The notes: generated by a model not told the origin, from the sequence alone. A stretch of DNA of 64,000 bases from an uncultured virus (IMG/VR IMGVR_UViG_3300032050_009172) (IMGVR_UViG_3300032050_009172), one strand, 5' to 3'; positions 18,974 to 30,049 are shown, numbered from the stretch's first letter. Translations and numbers: made by a program.

Positions 18974-21900
18974 ATGGCACAACCAACTTGGATCACTCCA
19001 GCAGGCGACCTAGGGGTCATACCCGAAGGTGTATTTTACCAGCAGTCCATGCGGGCAACCACACCACCAGTGGGCGACCCAATAACTTGTACTACTACCA
19101 CAGCTACTACCAATCTCATAACTTGCGACAGCACCACTGGTATGATAGTTGGTCAGGTTATTGTTTTTAATGGTACTAGTTTTGGTGGGTTGACGCAACT
19201 GGCACAATACTATGTTTTTACAATCAACAGCGCAACACAATTTTCTGTTGCAACCACTGCCACTGCCACCACTGCTGTAGCATTGACCACTGCTACTGGC
19301 TTGCTGGTAGCCAGACTGTACAAACCATTGTACTACAGAATGATTGCTGGCACACTGCCAGCAGGTGTTCAATGCAGTGCCACTGGATTGATTGCTGGAG
19401 TTCCGCAGGCTGTTGCCAGCTTACAAGGTGTTCCTACAGAAGTCAACGAGGATGTTACCAGTAAATTTACGCTAAGAGCATATACAGAAAAAATGGTAAA
19501 CGGCATCGAAGTTCCTGACCGTATTGCAGATCGAACGTTTGAAATTACTGTGAGTGGCAATGATATTCCAGAGTTTGTGACTCCTGCTGGTGCGTTTGCA
19601 GACAATAATACTGCGAGCTTTATTGGCAGCATTTCAGGAACCACACTAAACGTTACTTCATTGGTGTCTGGAACTGTGCAACTGGGCATGAGTCTCAAAG
19701 GGCCTGGCATCGAAGTAGGTACCACTATCATTGGGCTAATCAACGGTGTGGGCGGAACTGGTACCTACGCAGTTAGTATCAGCCAGTCAATGACCAGCAC
19801 TCCAATCAACGGTGTGGTTGGTGAATACTATGATGGCGATAGAGTTGAATTGCAAATTGAATACACCACTACTGATAACAATGAGGCTGTGATAATTAGA
19901 AAAATTGCTGGTGAGTTGCCGCCAGGATTGCGACTGAGCACCAGTGGATTGATTTCAGGATATATTGCACCTGCACCCAACGAAGACGAAACTCCAGGAT
20001 ACGACCTCACACCTATAGCCACAGTACCTTTTGACTTTATCAGTGCAGCAGTGAGTCGTAACTATCAATTTACATTGGAAATCACTGATGGTAAAACCAG
20101 CAACATAAGAACATTCACTATATTTGTTTACAATCGTGAAGACCTTGTGGCTGATGACACATACATTACTGCTGACTCGGTGTTTGTTACTGCTGATGAA
20201 ACTCCCGAACGTGCTCCGTTCTTGTTGAATTATGATCCTAGCGATCTTGGCATTGCTCGAGGAGACAATTACTATGCATACAGATTCATTGGACAAGACT
20301 ACGACAAAGACGAACTTGACTACGTCATTTCGGTCAATCAAGGGTTTGGACTACCACCAGGATTGACATTGGATCCAAACTCAGGATGGTATTATGGCTT
20401 TATTCCTGATCAAGGTGTTACAGAAGTAACCTACAGTTTTAATATTCAGGTACGGGCAAAAAGTGTAATTTGCACAGCAACCACAGCTGGCACAAACATA
20501 ATAACTTGCAACAGTACTGCAAGAGCAGATTTTTATATTGGTGCCGAAGTGGTTTTTGAAGGAACCAGTTTTGGCGGAATCACTGCTGGCACCACATATT
20601 ATGTTGTGGCCATTCCAACCACTACCACTTTCCAAATTGCTACCAGCATTGTTGGATCGCCCATTACGCTGTCAACTGCCACTGGCGAACTTAAAGGCGT
20701 GCCAGTTGACATTCCACAAAGTCAGTTATATCCATTTACACTCACTATCTCAGGAGCAGTTGATGCCGAAGTTACCTGGCTCACTCCAAGCGATCTTGGA
20801 TCAATAGAAAATGGATCAACCAGCTTGCTCAAAGTTGAAGCTGTGAATCGTGGTGGCGTAGAACTACTGTACAGACTCAAGAGTGGCGCATTCAATGAGT
20901 TGCCACAAGGTCTAGTATTGCTGCCGTCAGGAGAAATAGCAGGCCGTGTTACATTTAATACGTTTGCTATTGACTTAGGAGAAACCACATTTGATCGCAG
21001 CCAAAGCACCATATCAGGCACTCAAGAAACCACTTGGGACAGCTCGTTTACATTCACAGTAAATGCCTATGCTGAAGACACTGAACAAATTATATACAAA
21101 GTCAGTGAAGTTATTGTCAACAGCGGCGGCATTGGTTACAGTTCGCCAACTATAGAATTTAGTACTCCAATTGGTGCCACTGCGGTTCAAGCAGAAGGTA
21201 CACTGACTGCAAGCGCAGGAGCAATTACTGCTGTGACAATTACTGAACAAGGTGCTGGATATACTAGCCCAGCAACATTCACAATAACAGGTGCAGGATC
21301 AGGAGCAAACCTCTCAGTAGTCATGGCACCCACTGGCACAAGAGACGTGATTTCTGTGTTTAAAACATTCACAGTTCGAGTGATAAGAGAGTACAACAAA
21401 CCCTACCAAAATCTCTTTGTGTTGGCTATGCCTCCACAGAATGATCGTGCGTTACTCAGACAACTGCTGACCAATACAGATATTTTTGTTCCTGACTATA
21501 TATTTCGCCCAGACGATCCTAACTTTGGACTTAGCACTCGTGTGAAATACGAACATGCATTTGGACTTGCTCCTGACAGTTTTTCAACTTATGTGGAAAG
21601 TCTGTATTTAAATCACTATTGGAAAAATCTAGTGCTTGGTGAAATTTCTACTGCACAAGCAGTTGATCCAGTCACTGGTGAAGTTGTATACGAAGTGGTT
21701 TACAGCAAAATTATTGACAATCTAGTGAATGCCAGTGGACAAAGTGTTAACAAGATAGTAACACTGCCGTATGCTATTATAGATCCCTTAGATGGCAGCA
21801 CACAATTGACATCAGTGTATCCCAACAGTTTGATCAACATGAGAGATCAAGTGATTGATGTTGTGGGGCAAATTTCTACCAAACTACCACTGTGGATGAC

Positions 21901-23593
21901 TTCCAAACAATCCAATGGTCGTGTGTTGGGATTTACACCTGCCTGGGTGATCTGTTATGCCAAACCAAATCGCAGCAAACAAATTGCATATTACCTTGAA
22001 GAATACTTTGGCAATCAACTGAACAAAATTGATTTCAAAGTTGATCGATATGAGCTTGATGCAACACTAAGCCGTAACTGGGACACTACCACACAAGACT
22101 GGACTCCGCAACCAAATCTTACCACGTTTGATCGTGTGAACACCACTGGATTTACTGATCTTGGTCTAGTGAACGGCGCAACTGAACTGGCATTTGCAGA
22201 TGTTAACGGTCGCACCTTGGCCGAAATCAACGCCCTAGGTGGTATAGATGGTACTACCGAAGTCATAATTGGCAGCTTCCCTGCGCCTGATGCTGAGGTG
22301 TATTTGGAAGATGGCAGCATAATAATATTTGTCAAACAAGAAGGCTACAGTGGATCACCTGGCAGCAACTACAGTGATCTCAACCAGGCTTGGTCCAACA
22401 ACATTGACAGTTTTGACGAAGAAGGGTTTGACAGCGCCGCAAGCTCAGCTGTGGCCATTCCAGGAACTTATGACTATGGTCCATTGGTAAATGAAGGATA
22501 TGCACAAACCTGCACAGCCACAACTGCCTCCACAAACGTAATTACTTGCGACAGTACACTAGGCATGACAGTTGGAGACAAAGTGTGGTTCACTGGCACC
22601 ACGTTTGGTGGCATTGACAATGAAAATAGCAATGCACAAACAGAGGTATACTATGTAAGAACTGTGAGCAACGTTACCGCTAGTGCTACTTTAACAGGGT
22701 CAAATCGAATCACTGTGTCTAGCAGTACTCCGTTTGCAATAGGTGATGAAGTTTGGTTCAGCGGCACAGTTTTTGGAAATATTTCTCGATACGCCGCCAC
22801 TGGACTGCCCAAACCCTATTATGTGGTTGACGTTCCTACAGCAACCACAATTGTAGTCAGTGAAACTCTAGGCGGATCAGCATTGGGATTGAGTTCAGCT
22901 TCGGGATCTATGACTGTTTATTATGGAGCGTTTACAGTTACAGCCACAGCAGGATCCAGTACTGCTGTGACGTTGAGCACAGCGGCAGGCACCATGACTG
23001 CAAATTATGGCAATGACCGTATGAGCATGTACACTGTGAATCTTGAAAATACCGGCGGAGATATAATTTGTACAGCAACCACCAGCATTGGAAATTGGAT
23101 TACCACTGGTAGCATTGGGTTGCTTGGTATAAATTATCAAATTTATTTTACCGGAACGTTGATTGGCGGCATCAGCAGTGATCAACTGTATTACATTGTG
23201 TCAATAGACGCAAGCAACAATCGATTTGCAATTAGCAATGTTCAAGGTGGGCCCACAGTAAATTTGGTTACTGCTACCGGAGTCATGAATGCCGAAGCCA
23301 TAAACTACATTGTAAACCTAACAGAATACACGCAAACTGTGACCAATGATTATGTGACCACCACGCAAGGGCAAAAATACACTGGTGGCACATACCTCTA
23401 TAGACCTGGCAATGCACCGCAGGATCTAATCTATGTAAAATGGCTGCCTTTGATCACTGCTACCACTGTGGTTAGCACAGAAACAATATTTGATCAAGGT
23501 AGTTTGCAATTTATCGAACCAGTGGATATGTACGATCCGTCAGACCGCTCAGATAAATATCTCGTATTTCCCAAAGCCAATATTTTGGCTTAA
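18974..23593 (+). CDS. large virion structural protein with Ig-like domains
   Basis: W.TP.GDLG and LPPGL.L..SG.I.G Ig-like repeats; about 5 copies of a CT.TT..TN.IT...FGG..YYV domain. Confidence 0.8.
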   Translation: MAQPTWITPAGDLGVIPEGVFYQQSMRATTPPVGDPITCTTTTATTNLITCDSTTGMIVGQVIVFNGTSFGGLTQLAQYYVFTINSATQFSVATTATATTAVALTTATGLLVARLYKPLYYRMIAGTLPAGVQCSATGLIAGVPQAVASLQGVPTEVNEDVTSKFTLRAYTEKMVNGIEVPDRIADRTFEITVSGNDIPEFVTPAGAFADNNTASFIGSISGTTLNVTSLVSGTVQLGMSLKGPGIEVGTTIIGLINGVGGTGTYAVSISQSMTSTPINGVVGEYYDGDRVELQIEYTTTDNNEAVIIRKIAGELPPGLRLSTSGLISGYIAPAPNEDETPGYDLTPIATVPFDFISAAVSRNYQFTLEITDGKTSNIRTFTIFVYNREDLVADDTYITADSVFVTADETPERAPFLLNYDPSDLGIARGDNYYAYRFIGQDYDKDELDYVISVNQGFGLPPGLTLDPNSGWYYGFIPDQGVTEVTYSFNIQVRAKSVICTATTAGTNIITCNSTARADFYIGAEVVFEGTSFGGITAGTTYYVVAIPTTTTFQIATSIVGSPITLSTATGELKGVPVDIPQSQLYPFTLTISGAVDAEVTWLTPSDLGSIENGSTSLLKVEAVNRGGVELLYRLKSGAFNELPQGLVLLPSGEIAGRVTFNTFAIDLGETTFDRSQSTISGTQETTWDSSFTFTVNAYAEDTEQIIYKVSEVIVNSGGIGYSSPTIEFSTPIGATAVQAEGTLTASAGAITAVTITEQGAGYTSPATFTITGAGSGANLSVVMAPTGTRDVISVFKTFTVRVIREYNKPYQNLFVLAMPPQNDRALLRQLLTNTDIFVPDYIFRPDDPNFGLSTRVKYEHAFGLAPDSFSTYVESLYLNHYWKNLVLGEISTAQAVDPVTGEVVYEVVYSKIIDNLVNASGQSVNKIVTLPYAIIDPLDGSTQLTSVYPNSLINMRDQVIDVVGQISTKLPLWMTSKQSNGRVLGFTPAWVICYAKPNRSKQIAYYLEEYFGNQLNKIDFKVDRYELDATLSRNWDTTTQDWTPQPNLTTFDRVNTTGFTDLGLVNGATELAFADVNGRTLAEINALGGIDGTTEVIIGSFPAPDAEVYLEDGSIIIFVKQEGYSGSPGSNYSDLNQAWSNNIDSFDEEGFDSAASSAVAIPGTYDYGPLVNEGYAQTCTATTASTNVITCDSTLGMTVGDKVWFTGTTFGGIDNENSNAQTEVYYVRTVSNVTASATLTGSNRITVSSSTPFAIGDEVWFSGTVFGNISRYAATGLPKPYYVVDVPTATTIVVSETLGGSALGLSSASGSMTVYYGAFTVTATAGSSTAVTLSTAAGTMTANYGNDRMSMYTVNLENTGGDIICTATTSIGNWITTGSIGLLGINYQIYFTGTLIGGISSDQLYYIVSIDASNNRFAISNVQGGPTVNLVTATGVMNAEAINYIVNLTEYTQTVTNDYVTTTQGQKYTGGTYLYRPGNAPQDLIYVKWLPLITATTVVSTETIFDQGSLQFIEPVDMYDPSDRSDKYLVFPKANILA

Positions 23594-23605
23594 CAAGGAC
23601 AAAAA

Positions 23606-25102
23606 ATGGCAAGTAATATTAACCCAAACAACATTGACGGATCATATCCTGTAGCTGGACAAGACAACAACAGTCAAGGATTCCGCGATAACTTTACCAA
23701 CACCAAGCAGAATTTCCAGTATGCTGAAGACGAACTTAACGATCTCCAAGCCAAAGCAATTCTTAAAGCAGCCTTAACTGGACAAACCCTGGACAACAAT
23801 ATGGGTGGCAATCTGTTGTATGCTGCCCTGATAAAAGACTTTGCAGCCACTAAAGTAGCTATAACTGGTACTTCGGGTGCTCTCACTGTTAATTACGCAA
23901 CAGGACATTATCAAACTATATCTACCACTGGCAGCATCAGTTTATCATTCCAAAATTTTCCAATATCGGGCGAGTATGGATACATGCGTATACAGTTTAA
24001 TATCACCAACATTGCACACACTCTCACACTGCCGGCTGCGGTGAGTTTGGGGCTGAGTGGTATTCAAGGCATCAGCCCTGGCACATCTGGAGTGAGCAAT
24101 ACCATTACATTTGGTGCCACAGGTTATTATGAGTTTGCATTTAGCACATCTGATGGCGGCAGTACCATCACACTGTTTGACTTGAACCGTGCGCTGACCA
24201 ACTTTACCAGTGCTGACATCAACACTGATGACATTACTGCTACAGGTAATATTACCGCAACTGGCGCAGGCAAAGTTGCTGCTTTTACCACAGTAACTTC
24301 TACTGGTAATATCACTGCTACTGGCAACACAGCAGGTGGCAACTTGATCACAGGCGGCCGAGTAGTTTCTACTGGCAACGTAGTTGGTGGCAACTTGACC
24401 ACTGGTGGATTGATCACTGCCACAGGCAATATCAGTGGCCTAAACATCAACGGTTACATGTATCCCAGCGCCGGCACAACATCAGCGGCAGCATTGGATT
24501 TTACAGCTGGATCATTGCTGACCACTCCAATAGCCGGTGCATTTGAATATGACGGCACAGTGTTTTACGCAACACCAGTAGCCAGCCAGCGCGGGCAGTT
24601 GCAAAGTCAATTTTTACGAGTGCAAGTGTCCAACAACACGTTGACTGACACCACATCAGCACAAGCAGTATTTTCATCTCCAAGTGCAGTGAGTCTTGCT
24701 GCGTCAACCACATACGAATTTGAAGCGGTGTATTATATCACTCGAGCAGCTGGTACTACCAGTCATACCACATCCGTGTTGTTCAATGCATCCAGTGCGT
24801 TGACCAGTATTACATACACTGCAGATGTTACCACATCCACAGGTGTTGCATTGACTGCTGTCAGCAGAATCTACGGCACATCAACCACAGCATTGGTGGT
24901 AACTGGAGCATCAACGTCGGCCACTGAGAACCTTGTGATCACTCTCAAAGGCATTATGAAAACCAATGCTGCCACAGCAATCACACCACAGTTCCTATAT
25001 TCGGCGGCACCCGGCGGCGCACCAACTGTGTTGCCAAACAGTTACATCAAATTGATTCCATTAGGCAATAGTTCGATGATATCTGTGGGCAACTGGGCTT
25101 GA
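23606..25102 (+). CDS. virion structural protein
   Basis: YPVAGQDNNSQGFRDNF N-terminus; TGNxxGGN repeats; SD AAGGA. Confidence 0.75.
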   Translation: MASNINPNNIDGSYPVAGQDNNSQGFRDNFTNTKQNFQYAEDELNDLQAKAILKAALTGQTLDNNMGGNLLYAALIKDFAATKVAITGTSGALTVNYATGHYQTISTTGSISLSFQNFPISGEYGYMRIQFNITNIAHTLTLPAAVSLGLSGIQGISPGTSGVSNTITFGATGYYEFAFSTSDGGSTITLFDLNRALTNFTSADINTDDITATGNITATGAGKVAAFTTVTSTGNITATGNTAGGNLITGGRVVSTGNVVGGNLTTGGLITATGNISGLNINGYMYPSAGTTSAAALDFTAGSLLTTPIAGAFEYDGTVFYATPVASQRGQLQSQFLRVQVSNNTLTDTTSAQAVFSSPSAVSLAASTTYEFEAVYYITRAAGTTSHTTSVLFNASSALTSITYTADVTTSTGVALTAVSRIYGTSTTALVVTGASTSATENLVITLKGIMKTNAATAITPQFLYSAAPGGAPTVLPNSYIKLIPLGNSSMISVGNWA

Positions 25103-25133
25103 CCTTGATGGTAATGCATGTTATAATGCATTA
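25099..25133 (+). promoter_or_regulatory. sigma70 promoter with inverted repeat around -10, probably leaderless
   Basis: TTGACC-17 nt-TATAAT(25122); TAATGCAT-N6-ATGCATTA at 25112-25133. Confidence 0.75.
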
Positions 25134-25369
25134 TGGAACATCCACTAATCGGTGACATATCACATTTGACTCAAGAACAACTGAGTCAAACCGTGAGCGA
25201 TTTACAAAAAAAATTGGGCATGGCACAAAGAACTGGTAACGGGCATGTTGCCGATCAGATACGCATGGCCCTTGAAACATACTACAATGCATATCAGGCC
25301 CGCCTGGCAGAAAGCTATAAAAAAGCAGCCGGCGATAACGACTTTTCAGACAAAATTAATATCGGATGA
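25133..25369 (+). CDS. hypothetical protein
   Basis: follows promoter; ATGA coupling. Confidence 0.7.
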   Translation: MEHPLIGDISHLTQEQLSQTVSDLQKKLGMAQRTGNGHVADQIRMALETYYNAYQARLAESYKKAAGDNDFSDKINIG

Positions 25370-25983
25370 ATGTACGACTACAATATGATCTAGAGTTCTT
25401 GGCAGGCATCTACTACGAAGACCAGTTGCAACTTAACAGTTATTCAGTTAGTGTGAGTTTGCTAACTCAAACTGAAGATGCTGCCAGCAGTAACATTGCA
25501 TTAGAAAGACTCAAATGCTTTGTGTATCACGACTTGGCCAATACTGTGTTCTTTGGTCCGTCAGATCATGACAAAGCAGAAATGTTTCAAATGCTAGGTA
25601 CCAATGTCACCACCCTGCCTGAAGCACCAGTTGACCAGATTGTTGGCATGATGTTATACTGCAAACTCAATGCTATCATGGAAGGCCGAATGACTGTGAC
25701 CAGTTTGGATATCTCTAGTGTGCTGGGTGATTCTGTTTGGTACTCGCATGACGACGAAGACAATCTTGGTGTGTTTGCACACTGGCCAGTGGCAGAAGAT
25801 GCTTGGTGGCACAATCCTTCTGTTCAACACCATACCTTGGAAACAGAATCAACGCCCGACAATGTGGTCAAAGTCACACCAAATGTTTGGCACGAATATG
25901 GCCTCATGTGGCCAGAAGATCGCATTGAACCCACTGGTAATACTGTAATCTATCCCAACTTTCGCAAGCATGAAGCAAAATAA
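25366..25983 (+). CDS. hypothetical protein
   Basis: ORF in operon with DnaE fragment. Confidence 0.7.
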   Translation: MNVRLQYDLEFLAGIYYEDQLQLNSYSVSVSLLTQTEDAASSNIALERLKCFVYHDLANTVFFGPSDHDKAEMFQMLGTNVTTLPEAPVDQIVGMMLYCKLNAIMEGRMTVTSLDISSVLGDSVWYSHDDEDNLGVFAHWPVAEDAWWHNPSVQHHTLETESTPDNVVKVTPNVWHEYGLMWPEDRIEPTGNTVIYPNFRKHEAK

Positions 25984-26488
25984 TCACGGTGAACTGATAT
26001 TCAACGAAGCAGACCTAGTTGACCTAGTCATGCGTGGGTTTGACCCGTCGGGCTTTGACGGCATGATAGTGGACTCGTCAGTGGACCTGGAAACAGCCGC
26101 ACTCATGTTGGACAATGTGCCCAAGTTAATTGCCTACAATGACTTGATGGACATCATGCCCACAGAGGAATATGACCGAGAGTGCCAAAGCCGGTGGTAC
26201 ATGAGTGATCAATATCAGCAAATGGACATAGCAGAACATGTGCTGAGTCTATGCACTACAGATGCTGAACTACAACGATGTGGTGAAGAACTGTTGTTGT
26301 TTCAAGAACGCGACTTGTTTAATCTCTTGCGTTATCTCAAATACCTTGTGGATGTAATGACACAAAACAATTTGATTTGGGGCGTGGGCCGGGGATCTAG
26401 TACAGCCAGTTTTGTGCTGTACAAATTGGGTGTGCATCAAATCAACAGTTTATACTATGAATTAGATCCTGCGGAGTTTTTGCGTTAA
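25970..26488 (+). CDS. DNA polymerase III alpha-like fragment (172 aa)
   Basis: R..EEL..F, WGVGRGSS.ASFVLY.LGVH.I....Y.L....FLR; ends before the DxD catalytic motif. Confidence 0.8.
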   Translation: MKQNNHGELIFNEADLVDLVMRGFDPSGFDGMIVDSSVDLETAALMLDNVPKLIAYNDLMDIMPTEEYDRECQSRWYMSDQYQQMDIAEHVLSLCTTDAELQRCGEELLLFQERDLFNLLRYLKYLVDVMTQNNLIWGVGRGSSTASFVLYKLGVHQINSLYYELDPAEFLR

Positions 26489-26509
26489 ATATTGTTTTAG
26501 GAGATAATC

Positions 26510-26713
26510 ATGACAAAAAGTTTATATAAAACAGCTCAAGGAAAATCAATTGACATGGGCGCATTGCGTCTGCAAAACGAAAAAGTTCGTGCAGTGGGCA
26601 ATATGAAAGTCAACGCAAGAGGCGATGTAGTTGACGATCGCGGCGGTGTGGTTAACAGCAAGACAGCACAAGTCAATCGACAGTACAACCGGACACACAA
26701 GAAATCACCATGA
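26510..26713 (+). CDS. hypothetical basic protein
   Basis: TAAATA at 26486 and SD AGGAG; AVGNMKVNARGD. Confidence 0.7.
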   Translation: MTKSLYKTAQGKSIDMGALRLQNEKVRAVGNMKVNARGDVVDDRGGVVNSKTAQVNRQYNRTHKKSP

Positions 26714-27108
26714 AACTAGCATATTCCGCACATCAATTAAACAAGAATCAAATCCATCCACTGAATGATTCAGTGATTGTGACTGACATGACCTTTGACG
26801 AACGTTTTACCACAGGTGGTATTGTGTTGCTGAACGACAACGGCAAAAGCACCGGTATCCGTCCACGCTGGGGACAAGTGTATGCTGTGGGTCCAGAACA
26901 ACATGAAGTCACTGTGGGACAATGGGTGTGTGTGGCACATGGTCGTTGGACCAGGGGCATTGAAGTAGAAGATGAAACTGGCAAGCAAACCCTACGCAGA
27001 GTAGATCCAAAAGACATCATGCTGGTGAGTGACGAACAGCCGCAAGATGAAACATTTTCGGGTGCCATTCACGTGGAAGCCAAACCTAGTCATATGCAAC
27101 ACAACTGA
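26710..27108 (+). CDS. groES: GroES-like co-chaperonin
   Basis: PL.D.VIV, TTGGIVL, G.VYAVGP, V.VG..V. Confidence 0.8.
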   Translation: MKLAYSAHQLNKNQIHPLNDSVIVTDMTFDERFTTGGIVLLNDNGKSTGIRPRWGQVYAVGPEQHEVTVGQWVCVAHGRWTRGIEVEDETGKQTLRRVDPKDIMLVSDEQPQDETFSGAIHVEAKPSHMQHN

Positions 27109-27109
27109 C

Positions 27110-27340
27110 ATGATAATCAACTGGGACGTGGACAAGGTCATTGCTGACTGTCAAAAAATGTACTATGGTGCAAACGACAATTATGAAACTGGTTGGAACA
27201 ATTGGCCTTGTAAACAAGACTTGTATCGTGTGAAATTTGCTGTGGAAGAAATGCTCAAAGACACTGCTACCTTTACTGGTGAACAAGAGTGGCTGGAACA
27301 ATTGGAAAAAGAAAAAATGTGGAAGGCTCTGAAGAAATGA
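27110..27340 (+). CDS. hypothetical protein
   Basis: ATG 1 nt after upstream stop. Confidence 0.6.
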   Translation: MIINWDVDKVIADCQKMYYGANDNYETGWNNWPCKQDLYRVKFAVEEMLKDTATFTGEQEWLEQLEKEKMWKALKK

Positions 27341-27528
27341 GCAAAGGATCAAGACCACGACAATCAACTGTCAGTCAAGAAGAACTAGCGGCCAGACATA
27401 CTGAGATTTTTGGCAAAAAAGAACCCAAGCCGCGTTGGGTTCCGCCACCTTTACCTGATGAACTACAAACACAAAGTTCATTTGAGCGGCAATTGGGTAC
27501 CAACAAACTACCGCCAGGACGCACATGA
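27337..27528 (+). CDS. hypothetical protein
   Basis: MSKGSRPR; ATGA overlaps. Confidence 0.6.
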   Translation: MSKGSRPRQSTVSQEELAARHTEIFGKKEPKPRWVPPPLPDELQTQSSFERQLGTNKLPPGRT

Positions 27529-27731
27529 TGTTTACCGATCCGGATGCAAACTATCAGTGTTTCTGCTATAATTGCAACAAGGACAGAGAAACAGAATCAG
27601 GTTGGTCCTGGGTGCTAACCAGAATGATTGTTTGTCCCACGTGTGGCAACAAACGGTGCCCGCACTCCACAGATCACCACTTACAATGCACCGGATCAAA
27701 TGAACCCGGACAACCAGGAAGCAGATACTAA
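27525..27731 (+). CDS. small Cys-rich zinc-binding protein
   Basis: CFCYNC, CPTCGNKRCPH, CTGSNEPGQ.GS.Y. Confidence 0.7.
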   Translation: MMFTDPDANYQCFCYNCNKDRETESGWSWVLTRMIVCPTCGNKRCPHSTDHHLQCTGSNEPGQPGSRY

Positions 27732-28654
27732 TGAAAGAACTATGGGTAGAAAAATATCGTCCTAGCACAGTCGATGGCTATGTGTTTGTGGATGATGCAC
27801 AACGTGAGCAAGTACAACAATGGATACGAGACAAAAGCATTCCACATTTGATGCTGTCGGGGTCGCCGGGCACAGGTAAAACCACACTGGCCAAACTGCT
27901 GATCAATGAACTGGGCGTGGATCAATTTGATGTGATGTACGCAAACGGATCCAAGGAAGCTCGCAAGGTTGAGTGGGTAGACAAGCTGATCTCTTTTTGT
28001 CAGACCATGCCATTTGGAACTTTCAAAGTTGTGCTGATTGACGAAGCTGACTACATGAACGTGAACTCAGTTCAGCCTGCACTACGTAACCTCATGGAAG
28101 ACTACTCACAAACTGTGAGATTTATATTAACTTGCAACAGTCCCAGCAAGATCATGAAACCCATCCACAGTCGATGCCAGAGTTTTCATATCATCAAAAC
28201 TGATCACACAGAGTTCACTGCTCGAGTGGCCACGGTGTTGGTCACCGAAGGTGTGGAGTTTGATTTGGACACCTTGGACACGTATATCAAAGCAACATAC
28301 CCTGATCTGCGCAAGTGTTTGAATTTGGTACAGCCCAACAGTCAAAGTGGCACGTTGTTGCCACCAGGTCGAGCAGATGTTGGCACACAAGACTGGAGAC
28401 TGAAATCAGTTGAACTGTTTAAAGCAGGACAGGTGCGCCAGGCTCGCACACTGATTGCACAAAGCACCAGCCCGGACGATGCAGACGAAGTGTTTACTTG
28501 GATGTACAACAACTTGGATCTGTGGGGCGACACACCTGAACGTCAGGATCAAGCCATTGTGATCATACGCAACGGCATGGTGAATATTCCATTGAGTGCA
28601 GATCAGGAAATCAACTTGAGTGCCACTTTAATTGAACTGAGTAATATTGAATGA
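27731..28654 (+). CDS. sliding clamp loader subunit (T4 gp44/RFC-like)
   Basis: LWVEKYRP, GSPGTGKTT, DEAD, RFILTCN, SRC, YPDLRK. Confidence 0.92.
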   Translation: MKELWVEKYRPSTVDGYVFVDDAQREQVQQWIRDKSIPHLMLSGSPGTGKTTLAKLLINELGVDQFDVMYANGSKEARKVEWVDKLISFCQTMPFGTFKVVLIDEADYMNVNSVQPALRNLMEDYSQTVRFILTCNSPSKIMKPIHSRCQSFHIIKTDHTEFTARVATVLVTEGVEFDLDTLDTYIKATYPDLRKCLNLVQPNSQSGTLLPPGRADVGTQDWRLKSVELFKAGQVRQARTLIAQSTSPDDADEVFTWMYNNLDLWGDTPERQDQAIVIIRNGMVNIPLSADQEINLSATLIELSNIE

Positions 28655-28917
28655 GATACCTAATCCTGACCTACTATAAGAAGCCTACTGGCCAAATTGA
28701 TGAAGTTATGGCTGTGGCCAAAAATCTCAAAACAAGAGATCATGCCACTGCCAATGTTATTCTTGATTTTAAAAAGCTAGAGGTAGTGAAGTGCAGTATG
28801 GGCGGAGTGCAAGTTCCTAGAGACTTTAACAAAATTGTAGAATACTACATGAAACACTATGAATCAACCATAACACGGTTGTTCAACGAGAATGGATATG
28901 AAATTGTTGAGCCATAA
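28651..28917 (+). CDS. hypothetical protein
   Basis: ATGA overlap. Confidence 0.65.
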   Translation: MRYLILTYYKKPTGQIDEVMAVAKNLKTRDHATANVILDFKKLEVVKCSMGGVQVPRDFNKIVEYYMKHYESTITRLFNENGYEIVEP

Positions 28918-30049
28918 GAAAAAGTTTTTCTTATTCAAAGAGTCAAAACATTTTTGTGCAGTACCATGGAACCATTTTCAAATTTTTTCTGATGGTGCTG
29001 TTCGCACTTGCAGCAAAGGAATTCCGTTTGGCAATATAAATGATCAACCGCTGGATCAAATCTTACAGTCAGCAGATATACAGGCAATCAAACAAGATTT
29101 ATTACAAGATACTTTCAATCAAAACTGCACAGCTTGTCATCGCCTGACCACTGGTACTGAGCACTTTGATTTACGCAATCATTATAATCCCATGTTTAAA
29201 AACTTTGATATCAACTATGAAGATATCACTGCATTTGAACTTAATGGCGTTGATTTACATTGGGACAATACCTGCAATTTTAAATGTGTGTATTGCAATC
29301 CGGCTCAAAGCAGTTTGATTGCACAAGAACAAGGCATAACAACCAATCGAAGTGACAACAAGAATATTGATGACATTATTGCTAGGATTGAACAAAATCA
29401 GTATGTCATGAAAGAGATATATCTTTCTGGTGGCGAACCGTTGTTGATCAAACACAATGTTAAATTACTCAAAAAACTTGTCAATACAGAACTTCCAATA
29501 AGAATCAATTCAAACATCAGTCAAGCCACTGACTCTAATTCAGTGTTTGTCGAACTCAAACGATTTAAAAATGTTCTTTGGACTGTGAGTGCAGACTGTA
29601 TAGAAGATAAATTCAATTATGTAAGACAAGGCGGCAACTGGAATCAGTTTCTTAACAATCTCAAAACTATCAAAACACTTGGTCATGACATACGATTAAA
29701 TCTAGTATGGTTTGTGGGCAGTGTATCTGACTTGACTGATACTATCAAATATTTTGTGCAAGAGCACGGAATTACAGACATCACAATCAATCAACTGTAC
29801 AAACATCAATATCTACGTGCCAGGCATGCACCCACTGCAATCAAGCAACTTGCTTGCACACAGATAAATCAATTGTTGACATCTGGACTGATTGAAAACA
29901 AATCAAACTCCTGGTTCAATATTGCAAGATGTACACAAGAATTAGAAACAGTAGAGTCTGATCCTTCGGGATATGTCAAATATTTTGATCATTTGGACCA
30001 GCTGCGGGGCACCAATTGGCGCCGGGTGTTTCCGGAGCTGGTAGTATGA
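28898..30049 (+). CDS. radical SAM protein with N-terminal SPASM/twitch-like Cys region
   Basis: FCAVPW..G.V.TC, C..C; CNFKCVYC; GGEPL. Confidence 0.85.
   Translation: MKLLSHKKKFFLFKESKHFCAVPWNHFQIFSDGAVRTCSKGIPFGNINDQPLDQILQSADIQAIKQDLLQDTFNQNCTACHRLTTGTEHFDLRNHYNPMFKNFDINYEDITAFELNGVDLHWDNTCNFKCVYCNPAQSSLIAQEQGITTNRSDNKNIDDIIARIEQNQYVMKEIYLSGGEPLLIKHNVKLLKKLVNTELPIRINSNISQATDSNSVFVELKRFKNVLWTVSADCIEDKFNYVRQGGNWNQFLNNLKTIKTLGHDIRLNLVWFVGSVSDLTDTIKYFVQEHGITDITINQLYKHQYLRARHAPTAIKQLACTQINQLLTSGLIENKSNSWFNIARCTQELETVESDPSGYVKYFDHLDQLRGTNWRRVFPELVV

Noticed and set aside
13586..25102. Many long antisense ORFs over structural genes
   Set aside because: Shadows of Gly/Thr/Ala/Asn-rich repetitive coding on the other strand; no start signals or motifs.
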